A DNA stretch of 64,000 bases from an uncultured Candidatus Saccharibacteria bacterium (GTDB lineage: Bacteria > Patescibacteriota > Saccharimonadia > CAILAD01 > BJGX01), in assembly GCA_964390265.1 (NCBI GenBank), contig CAYMHI010000003.1, positions 1,332-65,331 of the forward strand. The letters are read 5' to 3'. This document shows positions 38,380 through 48,146 of the stretch, in pieces; position 1 is the stretch's first letter, and each line of letters opens with the position of its first letter. The notes beneath the pieces were generated by a model. It did no database searches. It saw only the letters and a list, made by a program, of their open reading frames with translations, and was not told where the DNA came from. The position numbers and the translations under genes are program-made.

Positions 38380-39249
38380 TTAAACCACTTTCTCTATCCA
38401 ATTAAGCAATTGTTCTAGTGAGAGATGCTTTTCAATATTGTGGTACTCAAAAAATTCATTTGGGAAAAATAATAATGCTTTTAAATTTAGGCTACCAATA
38501 TCAGCAAGTAATTGTATATTTGCTTGAGTGACATATTTTGAAAAGTCGCTTGTTTTTTCTGGTGCAATACTTGAGCGCGCGGCAATATTAACGAAAGGCG
38601 CGCAATATGGGACTCTAAATTTTTTATTTGCTAGACTCACCACTAAGCCACCCTGTTTGGCGCCAAAGATATAATCCCTGGGATCGGTAAGCTCAAGTAA
38701 ATCATCAGGTTGATAGTAAACACAAGCGTCAATATAGTGCGAATCAATTAATTGTGTGCTCGAAACTCCCGTAATAACAGAGTGGATCACCATCCCTTGT
38801 TTCTCTAAAAAATCAATCATGAATTTTAGGGTACTACCAGTATACACATCGTCTTCAAGTATACCGAATTCGTTGCCATACAATGCAATTACCTGTTTTG
38901 ATTGATTGACCAACTCATCAAAGCCGGGGCGTGAAGTAATATCTATCTGTTTACTCGTGGCATAGTTAAATCGCCTACTAACTCCAAATGGAATACCAAG
39001 CTTACTTTGTGAGTCGAAATTAAGATACTTCTTGGTGCTATTTAGCTTTGCAGATTTCTGCTTTTCAAGTTGTGTAAAGCTATGCAATTCTATCTTAACA
39101 GGCTCTCTCAGACACATATTTATTGCATCTACAAGAGCTAATATAAACTTGTCATAAGCAGTCTTAAGTTTGTTGGGTGGAATGATATTACTTGCCAGAC
39201 AACCTATTACTGTTTCAGGTTTTTCGGTTCTTAATGCGTATATTTTCAT
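38380..39249 (-). CDS. Phosphoribosyltransferase-like hypothetical protein
   Basis: ILEDDVYTGST PRPP-binding loop. Confidence 0.55.
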   Translation of the reverse strand: MKIYALRTEKPETVIGCLASNIIPPNKLKTAYDKFILALVDAINMCLREPVKIELHSFTQLEKQKSAKLNSTKKYLNFDSQSKLGIPFGVSRRFNYATSKQIDITSRPGFDELVNQSKQVIALYGNEFGILEDDVYTGSTLKFMIDFLEKQGMVIHSVITGVSSTQLIDSHYIDACVYYQPDDLLELTDPRDYIFGAKQGGLVVSLANKKFRVPYCAPFVNIAARSSIAPEKTSDFSKYVTQANIQLLADIGSLNLKALLFFPNEFFEYHNIEKHLSLEQLLNWIEKVV

Positions 39250-39338
39250 TGTCTTATTATATTCTAGTTTTGACGAATGGCACCAAGCAAGCGATGCTCA
39301 ATGAGTATTTACCCAAGTTCTATCGTGGGTCGTCTAAG

Positions 39339-40562
39339 TTATTTTTGTACAAAGGTATGAGCGTGCCCACGTTTGCCAGCACGACCTGTACGGCCAATGC
39401 GGTGCACGTAGTCTTCGTAGGTTGAGGGCTGATCGTAGTTGATTACGTGGCTTACGTTAGGAATATCGAGTCCTCTAGCAGCAACATCAGTAGCAACGAG
39501 TACCTCTACTTTGCCGTCAGTAAAAGCCTTAAGGGCTCTTTGGCGTTGGGGCTGGCTTTTATTACCATGAATGGCCTCAGATTTTATTCCCTGCCTGTTC
39601 AGTGAATCAGCTAACTTTTGCACCCCCCACTTGGTTTGGCCAAATACTAATACCTTGTTGTAGTGACCTTGAATTAACATCTTTTCTAGTAGTTCAACTT
39701 TTTGGGCGGGATTGGTGTACTCAACAACATCCTGCTCAATATGTTCGCTAGTTTCTACTGTGCGAGCCGAAATTGTTACCGGCTTATCTAGCATGGCATC
39801 CATAAGACGTTGTATTTCTGGAGTAATGGTGGCGCTAAAACATAGCGATTGGCGCTGCTTGGGTAGTAAATTAATTAAAAATCGTATATCGGGTATAAAT
39901 CCCATATCAAGCATTCTATCGGCTTCATCAAGAACCAGCATGCTTGTATTGCTAAGATCTAGCTTGCGCTGATTGCACAAATCTTTTAGACGACCAGGGG
40001 TACCAATTATTACTTGAGGGCGACGAGCTATCTCTCTTATTTGCTTTTGGATGTTTACTCCGCCTACACAGATTGTGCTATATAACTGCAGGCCACGAGC
40101 AAATATCTTAAATTCTTCATCTATCTGCACGGCCAATTCTCTAGTGGGAGCAATTATTAATGCTATAACACCTTGTGGGCGATCCTTTTGGGTTTTGAGC
40201 ATATGAATAAGCGGCAGTACAAAGGCAGCCGTCTTACCGGTACCAGTATTGGCTAGCCCTATTACGTCGTGCCCCTTAAGTACTTCTGGGATTGCTCCGT
40301 CTTGAATTTGGGTAGGTATTGTGTAGCCTTTATGCTCTAAATTACTTTGCAGGGCTTGTATTAAACCAAAATCGGCAAATGTGTGTTTGGGCACATACGG
40401 CTCAAAGTCTTGCTGGGCTACAGCTTTGTTTACGAACTTTTGTGGATCAATATATTTACCATGGCGGTTGCCGCCACCCTGTCGATTGTTATTACTTTTT
40501 TTATAGCCAAACGGCTTTCTAGATCGCGAACTTCTTCGCGAGTTATATGAATTACTTTTCAT
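39339..40562 (-). CDS. DEAD-box RNA helicase
   Basis: TGTGKT, PTRELA, DEAD, SAT, ARGLD, HRIGRTGR. Confidence 0.97.
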   Translation of the reverse strand: MKSNSYNSRRSSRSRKPFGYKKSNNNRQGGGNRHGKYIDPQKFVNKAVAQQDFEPYVPKHTFADFGLIQALQSNLEHKGYTIPTQIQDGAIPEVLKGHDVIGLANTGTGKTAAFVLPLIHMLKTQKDRPQGVIALIIAPTRELAVQIDEEFKIFARGLQLYSTICVGGVNIQKQIREIARRPQVIIGTPGRLKDLCNQRKLDLSNTSMLVLDEADRMLDMGFIPDIRFLINLLPKQRQSLCFSATITPEIQRLMDAMLDKPVTISARTVETSEHIEQDVVEYTNPAQKVELLEKMLIQGHYNKVLVFGQTKWGVQKLADSLNRQGIKSEAIHGNKSQPQRQRALKAFTDGKVEVLVATDVAARGLDIPNVSHVINYDQPSTYEDYVHRIGRTGRAGKRGHAHTFVQK

Positions 40563-40569
40563 GTTTTAA

Positions 40570-40720
40570 ATGGATTCCTTAATAAATTAGTTGTTATTTT
40601 CATCTTGCTTGGTGAATAGCAAAGATTAATTAAACAACTTTGGCATCCACTTTTTAGGTGTTAATGGCACCTATAACAAATGTATCCAATCAGTATAACA
40701 CATCCTGCCTTGTTTGTCTA
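40570..40720 (-). promoter_or_regulatory. Promoter and structured 5' UTR of the helicase
   Basis: TAGACA-17-TATACT; nested stems TGGAT/ATCCA, AGTTGTT/AACAACT, TTGCT/AGCAA. Confidence 0.55.
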
Positions 40721-40761
40721 TGATAGTGATGTTTTTATATTGTAAACTACTATTTTATAAT

Positions 40762-41553
40762 TTATGAAGTTTTGCCAAATTTCCAGACGGCCAATGGTAC
40801 AAATACAATTAATATACCTACTATCCAGACCATAGTAATATATACTGCATCAATTGCCACACCACCAAGGAGTAGTGCTCTCATGGCGTTTATTAGTTGG
40901 GTTACCGGTTGATTACGCGCAAAGGTCTGTAGCCAGCCTGGCATAGTAGCTACTGGCACAAAGGCCGAACTTGCAAAAGTAAGAGGAAACACAAATAAGA
41001 ATCCAGCTGTCTGTACAGCTTCGGCATTACGAATAAACAAACCAAGCGTAGCAGTTACCCAAGAAAAGGCAAAGCTAAAAGCCACTACAAGTACCAGTGC
41101 AGCAATAAATTTACCTGTACCGGCCTGGTAGCGAAAGCCCATCATAGTACCCACTACAAACATTAAGGTAATAGTAAAGGTGGTACGCAACCCATCGGCG
41201 ATAGTTCTGCCGGCCAGTACTGCTCCTCGGCTCATCGGTAAACTCCTAAAACGATCAATCGCCCCTTTGTCGAGGTCTTCTACTAGAGCTACTGGAGTTT
41301 GTAATGCGCCAAAAAGTGCGCTCTGGGCCATAATGCCGGGTAATAAAAAGTTGATGTAGCTACTACCTGGTGTGGCTACGCCAATGGCCCCGCCAAAAAC
41401 ATAGTTAAACAGTACCAAAAACATAATGGGTTGAATACTAGAAAAAACCAAAATCTGCGGCGATCTTCGTACCCTCATAATGTTTCTTTTGACTATGGCT
41501 GCTACATCACTAAGACTAGATTTAATAGTTGTGAGAATATTGGTTTTTTCCAC
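40762..41553 (-). CDS. ABC-2 permease (DrrB-like)
   Basis: Six TMs, FLLPG, RFRSLPMSR, SSAFVP..MPGWL. Confidence 0.9.
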   Translation of the reverse strand: MEKTNILTTIKSSLSDVAAIVKRNIMRVRRSPQILVFSSIQPIMFLVLFNYVFGGAIGVATPGSSYINFLLPGIMAQSALFGALQTPVALVEDLDKGAIDRFRSLPMSRGAVLAGRTIADGLRTTFTITLMFVVGTMMGFRYQAGTGKFIAALVLVVAFSFAFSWVTATLGLFIRNAEAVQTAGFLFVFPLTFASSAFVPVATMPGWLQTFARNQPVTQLINAMRALLLGGVAIDAVYITMVWIVGILIVFVPLAVWKFGKTS

Positions 41554-42536
41554 TATTTCTTCCCCTTTTTGGTAGCTTTATGATCTTTAGTTGTTTTTTT
41601 GCCAGTTACGGCTAAAAATACATCATCTAAGCTTGGTCTGTGAACCGAAACATCGTCTGGCTTAATATTGGCCTTATCTAATTCCTTTAAAATCTTTATA
41701 AGCATATCTGAGCCCTTTTGGGCCCTAACGCTTAACGCACCGCTCATTTCGTCGGTGGTGGGATTTGATTTAGAAACTCTTTTCATTATTTCTTTGGCCT
41801 TGTCGTGATCGGCCTTACTTACATGCATTTCTACCACATCTCTGCCCAGGCTAGATTTGAGCTGTGTTGCAGTACCAGACTTTACTACCTTACCTCTATC
41901 GATAATACTAATATAGTCACAAAGTGCGTCGGCTTCTTCTAGATATTGCGTGGTGAGTAGTAATGTTCTGCCTTCAGCTACTAGCTCTCGTATAAGCTCC
42001 CAAAGTTCTTGGCGGGTTCGCGGATCTAAACCTGTAGTAGGCTCGTCTAAAAATAAAATTTCGGGTCGGCCTACTAGGCTGGCACCTAGGTCTAAACGAC
42101 GACGCATGCCGCCTGAATATGTTTTGGCAGGCCTATCGGCAGCATCTTGCAGGCTCAGACGCTTGAGTAATTCATTGGTGCGTTTTTTGGCCTCTCGCTT
42201 GGGTATATGGTAAAGCCTAGCTACCATCATTAGAGTCTCGCGGCCAGTTAAAAAATCATCAACCGCGGCGAATTGTCCGGCCAGGCCTATCATACGACGA
42301 ACTTGAGTAGGATGCTCGGTTACGTTTACGCCATTTATTAATACCTCGCCGCTGTCGGGCTGTAAAAGTGTTGCTAGTGCACGTACAACTGTAGTTTTAC
42401 CAGCACCATTAGGCCCCAGCAAACCATATATTTTGCCTTTATCTACATGTAGGCTAACACCGTCTAGTGCTTTTACTTCGCCATAGTATTTCTTGAGATT
42501 GTCTACTACAATTACTGCAGTTTCAGATTTGATCAT
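41553..42536 (-). CDS. ABC transporter ATP-binding protein (DrrA-like)
   Basis: GPNGAGKT, YSGGMRRR, LDEPT, PSLDDVF. Confidence 0.93.
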   Translation of the reverse strand: MIKSETAVIVVDNLKKYYGEVKALDGVSLHVDKGKIYGLLGPNGAGKTTVVRALATLLQPDSGEVLINGVNVTEHPTQVRRMIGLAGQFAAVDDFLTGRETLMMVARLYHIPKREAKKRTNELLKRLSLQDAADRPAKTYSGGMRRRLDLGASLVGRPEILFLDEPTTGLDPRTRQELWELIRELVAEGRTLLLTTQYLEEADALCDYISIIDRGKVVKSGTATQLKSSLGRDVVEMHVSKADHDKAKEIMKRVSKSNPTTDEMSGALSVRAQKGSDMLIKILKELDKANIKPDDVSVHRPSLDDVFLAVTGKKTTKDHKATKKGKK

Positions 42537-42590
42537 AATACATTAATTGTATCATATAGCTTCTAGCCTCATAGAAATTCTATTTAAATT

Positions 42591-42624
42591 AAAAAGCCCG
42601 CATCGACATTTAAGCTGATGCGGG
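42591..42624 (-). terminator. Intrinsic terminator
   Basis: CCCGCATC/GATGCGGG stem followed by CTTTTT. Confidence 0.75.
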
Positions 42625-42688
42625 TGGATCCCCAAAAAGCGCCAAAAGGCATGCTCCCTGGGGTGACCCGTGGCGGGCCGAGAGCGAG

Positions 42689-43030
42689 TTAGAACAGGCG
42701 CCGGTCATTGAGCAACATGCCTGTGATCTCTTCCCAGATACTTGGGCTATGGGCGGGGTTGATTTTGAACTTATCACCCATCTCGATGAATCGAGGGGCG
42801 GTAATAATCTTGGATTTTCTCCAATCGCTGTTCAAACCCCTTGTGCGAAAGGTTACTTCCTCGACTTGATTCAGTCCAACTTTTGAACCAGAATTGAGGT
42901 TAAGCTCGATGCGGGTGTCGGTGGTTTCGACTGTGAGTACATCTCCTAGACGAATGTCTCTACCTAGTTCGACATATTGCTTGCCAGCCAACAGTCGTTC
43001 TGGTAGAGGCGACCTTCGTGTGTGAATCAT
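42689..43030 (-). CDS. Orphan hypothetical protein
   Basis: TTGACA-17-TAATAT promoter, GGGAG SD, terminator. Confidence 0.6.
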   Translation of the reverse strand: MIHTRRSPLPERLLAGKQYVELGRDIRLGDVLTVETTDTRIELNLNSGSKVGLNQVEEVTFRTRGLNSDWRKSKIITAPRFIEMGDKFKINPAHSPSIWEEITGMLLNDRRLF

Positions 43031-43194
43031 TCAACATCTCCCTGTTGTAATGTCGGCAACAATTGGCAGTGCAGTAACCGGGCCTTTCCCGTTGGTACGG
43101 CAATTATATTATCATAGTAGTAGTGTATTGTCAATTATTACCCTTGCGATAAGATTGTGTACTTTTCTAAGCATTAGGTATATACACACTTAAG

Positions 43195-43363
43195 TGCTAT
43201 ACTAATTGGTAGCAAGAAAATCTCGTGAAGTATCGTAGCAATCATTAGCCTTCAAAAAGCTCATAGAACTCGGTTTGAACGGAGACCCTTGTCTCATTAA
43301 TAAACTAATTTGAGCCCTAGATTAATCTAGAAATACTCATACAAGAAAGGCTAGCTAAATTAA
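43195..43363 (+). promoter_or_regulatory. Extended -10 promoter and long structured 5' UTR
   Basis: TGcTATACT; TAGCCTT (43246-52) can pair with AAGGCTA (43347-53) over the SD. Confidence 0.55.
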
Positions 43364-43645
43364 ATGGCAGCAAAACTATACGTAGGAAAACTTCCCTACT
43401 CAACAACAGAAGAAGAATTAAAAACAATGTTTGGTGCTCACGGCACCGTAATAAGCGCACAAGTTATTACCGATCGTGACTCAGGACAATCAAAGGGATT
43501 TGCTTTTGTAGAAATGGAATCAGAAGCCGAAGCTGAAGCAGCTATCAAGGCATTAGACAACAGCGAAGTAGATGGTCGCAATATTGTTGTAAATATTGCC
43601 CGTCCAAAAGAAGACCGCCCAGCTGGCGGTGGTTACCGTAACTAA
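43364..43645 (+). CDS. RRM RNA-binding protein
   Basis: LYVGKL (RNP2), KGFAFVEM (RNP1), Gly tail. Confidence 0.95.
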   Translation: MAAKLYVGKLPYSTTEEELKTMFGAHGTVISAQVITDRDSGQSKGFAFVEMESEAEAEAAIKALDNSEVDGRNIVVNIARPKEDRPAGGGYRN

Positions 43646-43733
43646 CCAAAACCTTTAAATCTAAAATTAAATAGATAATATATAGACTGGCTTTTGCGCC
43701 AGTCTATTGGTTGCCCATAAAATTACAAAACTT

Positions 43734-44777
43734 ATGAAAATCGATAAAAACATACAAATCACATATTCTACAAATTCCACTCATTTAGCGATGAGTAGCA
43801 AGACTCGTGAATTAATATTAGATGCATTGTCAAAACGATTCACTCGGGTGGGTCAAGTGATGATAAATTGCGAATCAGATCTAAACAAACTACTTATCGA
43901 TAAGCCAGATTTGGTATTCCTTGGTATGAAAGATAAAGCACTTCCAAGTACTAGAAATACCAATATCTACTTAAGTGATTTTCTTAATGAAAACAACATT
44001 TTATGTGTTGGCTCTTCCAAAAAAGCCAGAAAATTAAGTAGTAATAAGTATTTAGCCAAAGAGCTTGTACGGGATGCTGGGATACTCACAGCTGATTTTT
44101 TTCTGGCTCATCCGGGCCAATTTACTAGCGCGCAGGACTTACCTCTGGAGTTTCCTCTATTTATTAAGCCACCTAGTAGAAGTAAGGGTTCGGGTATAGA
44201 TAGCAAATCAGTAGCAAGAGATTTTACGCAGTATGTGGCCAAAATAGAGCAAATTTACAATAAGTACCAATCAAAATCCTTGGTAGAAAAATATTTGTCA
44301 GGACGTGAATTCTCGGTAGCGATTCTTGAGCGGCCAAACAACAAGCAACCCTTGACGATGCCCATAGAACTCATTGCTAAGCCAAATATAAGAGGCGATA
44401 GATTGCTTGGATTGGTAGAAAAAACTGAAGACAAAGAAAAGGTAGTTTTGGTCAATGACCCCCCAACTGCTCAAAAACTAAAAGACACAGCTATTAAAGT
44501 ATTTAAAATACTTGGTGCGAGGGATTATGCTCGAATTGATTTTAGGATGGATGATAACGGACAGATCTTTTTTCTTGAAGCAAACACATTGCCCGGACTA
44601 GGGTATGGCTATTTTTATCGTGCCTGTCAACTAAACTACTCGCTAGATTATGACTCTATTATTATAAAGCTTGTTGAGCAGGGTCTAAATACAAGTCTGC
44701 AACAATCGTTGAGTGATTTTAATCTTAGCGATGAAAGCGTCAAAAGCATAGATTTACACGGTGCAAGGTCAGCTTGA
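43734..44777 (+). CDS. D-Ala-D-Ala ligase-like ATP-grasp protein (divergent)
   Basis: FPLFIKP, GSGI, VEKYLSGRE, YARIDFR, LEANTLPG. Confidence 0.8.
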   Translation: MKIDKNIQITYSTNSTHLAMSSKTRELILDALSKRFTRVGQVMINCESDLNKLLIDKPDLVFLGMKDKALPSTRNTNIYLSDFLNENNILCVGSSKKARKLSSNKYLAKELVRDAGILTADFFLAHPGQFTSAQDLPLEFPLFIKPPSRSKGSGIDSKSVARDFTQYVAKIEQIYNKYQSKSLVEKYLSGREFSVAILERPNNKQPLTMPIELIAKPNIRGDRLLGLVEKTEDKEKVVLVNDPPTAQKLKDTAIKVFKILGARDYARIDFRMDDNGQIFFLEANTLPGLGYGYFYRACQLNYSLDYDSIIIKLVEQGLNTSLQQSLSDFNLSDESVKSIDLHGARSA

Positions 44778-44835
44778 TAATAATTGCATAATAAAGTATT
44801 ATTATCTGGTTAGTACAACAAAATATTGAGTATAT

Positions 44836-44910
44836 TGGGGTGTGGCCAAGTGGTAAGGCAACGGCTTTTGGTGCCGTCATTCGGGGGTTCGAATCCCTCC
44901 ACCCCAGCCA
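44836..44910 (+). tRNA. tRNA-Gln (TTG)
   Basis: TGGGGTG/CACCCCA acceptor stem, ACGGC-TTTTGGT-GCCGT anticodon arm, GTTCGAATCC, encoded CCA. Confidence 0.97.
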
Positions 44911-44964
44911 TAATGAACACCGTGACGATCCAAAAAGGTCGTCCTTTTTTGTTATAATATTTTA

Positions 44965-45747
44965 ATGAATGAATTTCTAAACTTTGCTAAACAGCAGGCA
45001 CTTCATGCTGGCGAGATAATGCTAACACACTTTCAAATGGGCATAGACGTCACCGTTAAGGCCGATAATACACCTGTAACAACTGCTGATACAACCATAA
45101 ATAATAAAGTAATCGAAGCGATTAAATCATCTTACCCAAGCCATGCCGCAATTGGCGAAGAACAAAGCCACGAGGTTTCAAATGCCGAGTACACTTGGAT
45201 TTGCGACCCTATAGATGGCACCGTCCCCTACACACTCGGTGTGCCAGTTAGTGTTTTCTCGCTTGGTTTGGTATCTCAAAATGACGGACAACCAGTAGTT
45301 GCAGTTATTTACGATCCTTATCAAAAACGTATGTATACAGCTATTAAAGGTCAGGGAGCTTATCTTAATGACAAGCCTATTAAAGTCAACTCTCAAGGCA
45401 AGCTAGATGAAGCTATTATTGGGCTATCTGGAGGTAGATCTAAGGTAGTTGATCAGGCTGAATTTAAAAAGGACGTCATTTCTCAATGTTTTAGACCAAT
45501 AATACTTAATTGCGTTATGTACGAAGCCGTATTGGTGGCTACTGGTCAGATTGGGGCTAATATATTCCCTGGCCACACTGCTCACGATGCCGTTACCGCC
45601 AAGCTTATAGTTGAAGAAGCAGGCGGTAAAGTAACAGATATTTTTGGAGAAAATCAACGCTACGATCAGCCGGTTAAAGGTGCTATTTTTAGTAACTCCC
45701 TACTTCACGACCAGCTAGTAGAAATAACTAGTAAAAATAAACTATAG
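44965..45747 (+). CDS. Inositol monophosphatase family protein
   Basis: VTTAD, IGEE, WICDPIDGT, EEAGG.VTD. Confidence 0.9.
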   Translation: MNEFLNFAKQQALHAGEIMLTHFQMGIDVTVKADNTPVTTADTTINNKVIEAIKSSYPSHAAIGEEQSHEVSNAEYTWICDPIDGTVPYTLGVPVSVFSLGLVSQNDGQPVVAVIYDPYQKRMYTAIKGQGAYLNDKPIKVNSQGKLDEAIIGLSGGRSKVVDQAEFKKDVISQCFRPIILNCVMYEAVLVATGQIGANIFPGHTAHDAVTAKLIVEEAGGKVTDIFGENQRYDQPVKGAIFSNSLLHDQLVEITSKNKL

Positions 45748-45802
45748 CTTTTTTAATAATTAGCTACTAACACTAATTCTATTTTTTGATATAATAACAG
45801 GT

Positions 45803-46369
45803 ATGAATGATGTAAAAAGCTATAAAGAGCCGGTGATATTGGTAGATGAAGCCAACTCGCCAATTGGCCTAACTGAAAAAGCTAGCGCACACACTGCCTC
45901 CACTCCGCTCCACAGAGGGTTCTCTATATTTTTATTTAACACTAAAGGGCAGGTTTTATTGCAGCAAAGAGCCATGAGTAAAATTACTTGGCCTGGAGTA
46001 TGGAGCAATACCTGTTGTGGCCACCCTATGCCTGGAGAAACCACTCAACAGGCTGCCTTGCGAAGACTAGATTATGAACTTGGCATTAAAATTTCGGCTC
46101 AAGATATTATCATTGTATTTCCCGATTATCGTTATAAAGCCGAGCGCGAGGGCGTGATAGAAAATGAATTTTGCCCAGTAATGATTGCTAGAACCAACTC
46201 TGAGCCGGTAGCCAACCCCAAAGAAGTGATGGCAACAAAGTGGCTACTATGGAAAGATTTTATCGCCGACTCAGAAAGTTTTAAAAATTTCACTCCTTGG
46301 TGCCAAGAAGAGGCCAATTTATTAACCAAGAACGATAAATTTAGTGATTTTTATGAGACATTAAGTTAA
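45803..46369 (+). CDS. idi: Isopentenyl-diphosphate delta-isomerase, type 1
   Basis: LHRGFS, LQQRA..K.TWPG.WSNTCCGHP, ENEFCPV, TPW. Confidence 0.93.
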   Translation: MNDVKSYKEPVILVDEANSPIGLTEKASAHTASTPLHRGFSIFLFNTKGQVLLQQRAMSKITWPGVWSNTCCGHPMPGETTQQAALRRLDYELGIKISAQDIIIVFPDYRYKAEREGVIENEFCPVMIARTNSEPVANPKEVMATKWLLWKDFIADSESFKNFTPWCQEEANLLTKNDKFSDFYETLS

Positions 46370-46441
46370 TAATTACTATTTACATTGTAAGTATTATGTG
46401 TTATTATCTGTTTTGTACCTATTGCCTAGGTAAGGATACCA

Positions 46442-46837
46442 ATGCCTACACTAGTAGTTGAAGAGGTATGCGAGATCCACTTCCTCGATCCCGTACCAAA
46501 ATCTACGTGTACAATCTGCAGCAAGAAATCCACAAAGAAATCACGTGCTAGGACAGCCGGTGGTATTGCCAAGATTATTGTTCCTTCCAGCGCAAGGCCC
46601 AAGAAGCCTGTATTCATGTGGGATCCCCAAAGGCTTAATGTACGGAATATTCCGGTTGATCGTGACATCGTCCATATCACCAGAACCTTTTCAATGGAAG
46701 AATTCAGGCAGCTTGCAGTAACTCTTCCCGGCCTGATTATTGTGGAAGTTATTCCGTCATCAATACCGCTTGTAGAAGCAAACATTGAATGGTTTAAAAA
46801 ATTCAATGTGGGTATTACGGCTCAATGCCGTAAATAA
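46442..46837 (+). CDS. Orphan hypothetical protein
   Basis: TTTACA-17-TATTAT, GTACCTA box, AAGGA SD, terminator at 46863-46892. Confidence 0.65.
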   Translation: MPTLVVEEVCEIHFLDPVPKSTCTICSKKSTKKSRARTAGGIAKIIVPSSARPKKPVFMWDPQRLNVRNIPVDRDIVHITRTFSMEEFRQLAVTLPGLIIVEVIPSSIPLVEANIEWFKKFNVGITAQCRK

Positions 46838-46862
46838 AGAGTTGCAACGGTAGGAATTAGTC

Positions 46863-46892
46863 AAACCTCAAGCCAGTGTGCTTGGGGTTTTT
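46863..46892 (+). terminator. Intrinsic (likely bidirectional) terminator
   Basis: AAACCTCAAGC-cagtgt-GCTTGGGGTTT followed by TT. Confidence 0.75.
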
Positions 46893-46896
46893 ATAT

Positions 46897-48123
46897 TTAA
46901 TCCGCGATAATATCGTTATATATAGATAAATAATCTCTAAGCATTATTGGTGTTATAAACTTATTAGCAACCATTTTTCTAGCATTTACACCAATTTGTT
47001 TATAGTCTTGGGAATTACTGATTACCTGGGCAATTTGTTTAGCAGTATTACTTGTATTACTATCCAAATAAAAGCCGGTTTTGCCGTCTACAATTTGTGA
47101 TTTAATACCACCTACCGGATTGGTAAACACTATCTTTTCTTTCCATAGAGCCTCCGTAATAGTTAAGCCAAAGCCTTCTTCGGTGGAGTTTTGTATAATT
47201 AAAGTGGCTGATCTTTGTAAGGCATTAATAGTTGTATCATCAACATTAACAATAGTTTGAATTTTACTTCCAAACTTCTCGGCCTTTGACTTAACTAGTT
47301 TAAAGTATGGTTCACCCTCAGGGTCATCTGTCGAATAATCTCCAGCTAATATACAATTCAAGTTAGGCACTAATTTGTGTGCGTGCTCAAAAATATCAAT
47401 TACACCAAGAGGATTTTTGAACTTATCAAATCTAGAAACTTGTAGTAAATATGGTATATTCTTATCAATATTGTTTTTATTTAGTTGCGCGCCGATTTCA
47501 GCCCCTGAAAGTGATTTATTTTTGTCACTTAATGGATCGATAGAGGGATAAACTATAGCTACTTTGTTTTCTTCAGCTCCCACTGCATAATCTTGTTGTG
47601 AAAATATTAGTTTATCAAAATTTTTATAGTAACTTTGAGCCCAGCTTAAGACTTGCGGATTGGCCATAGTTGTATCTATATGGCAACGCCAAATTAGTTT
47701 ATTGCTCGGCAATAATGGAGCCAGGCCAATAGTTTGGGGGTCGTGCAAGACATACATGTCGCCGTCCTGTGGAATATCTTTTGCTATACTCGCCAGATGA
47801 TTGTTGTAATAGTCAAAATCTAATTCGTTAGGTAGTGCACACTTGCCTTGCAAGCAATTATGTATATTTTTGGTAATAGTAAAATATCGCTCATCGGGGT
47901 CTAGTACTAACCAATTTATATCTAACCCTAAATCTTTATAAAGGGGCATTTGGGCATACAATAATTCGGCTACACCGCCACCTTTGGACGTAGAATTGAT
48001 TTCGTAAATTTTTTTACCCTGTAGATTTTTAGAAATTTTAGTAAGTTGATTAATTAAATCGCTACTTACAATATTATGGTAATCGGACAGTTTGCGATAA
48101 GTGAATTTGTTTATATTCTGCAT
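46897..48123 (-). CDS. GT4 glycosyltransferase, trehalose synthase TreT-like
   Basis: NST..GGGVAE, HDPQ, WRCHID, SRFD..K, DDPEG, EGFGLT.TEALWK. Confidence 0.85.
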   Translation of the reverse strand: MQNINKFTYRKLSDYHNIVSSDLINQLTKISKNLQGKKIYEINSTSKGGGVAELLYAQMPLYKDLGLDINWLVLDPDERYFTITKNIHNCLQGKCALPNELDFDYYNNHLASIAKDIPQDGDMYVLHDPQTIGLAPLLPSNKLIWRCHIDTTMANPQVLSWAQSYYKNFDKLIFSQQDYAVGAEENKVAIVYPSIDPLSDKNKSLSGAEIGAQLNKNNIDKNIPYLLQVSRFDKFKNPLGVIDIFEHAHKLVPNLNCILAGDYSTDDPEGEPYFKLVKSKAEKFGSKIQTIVNVDDTTINALQRSATLIIQNSTEEGFGLTITEALWKEKIVFTNPVGGIKSQIVDGKTGFYLDSNTSNTAKQIAQVISNSQDYKQIGVNARKMVANKFITPIMLRDYLSIYNDIIAD

Positions 48124-48146
48124 AAAACTCTAATCTCTGGGAGTAG

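Noticed and set aside
42626-42688. GC-rich hairpins 3' of the 42689-43030 orphan as a riboswitch
   Set aside because: Located in a 3' UTR before a terminator, with no recognisable aptamer motif.
44836-46900. tRNA-Gln as a genomic-island integration site
   Set aside because: No integrase and no duplicated tRNA 3' end found in the window.
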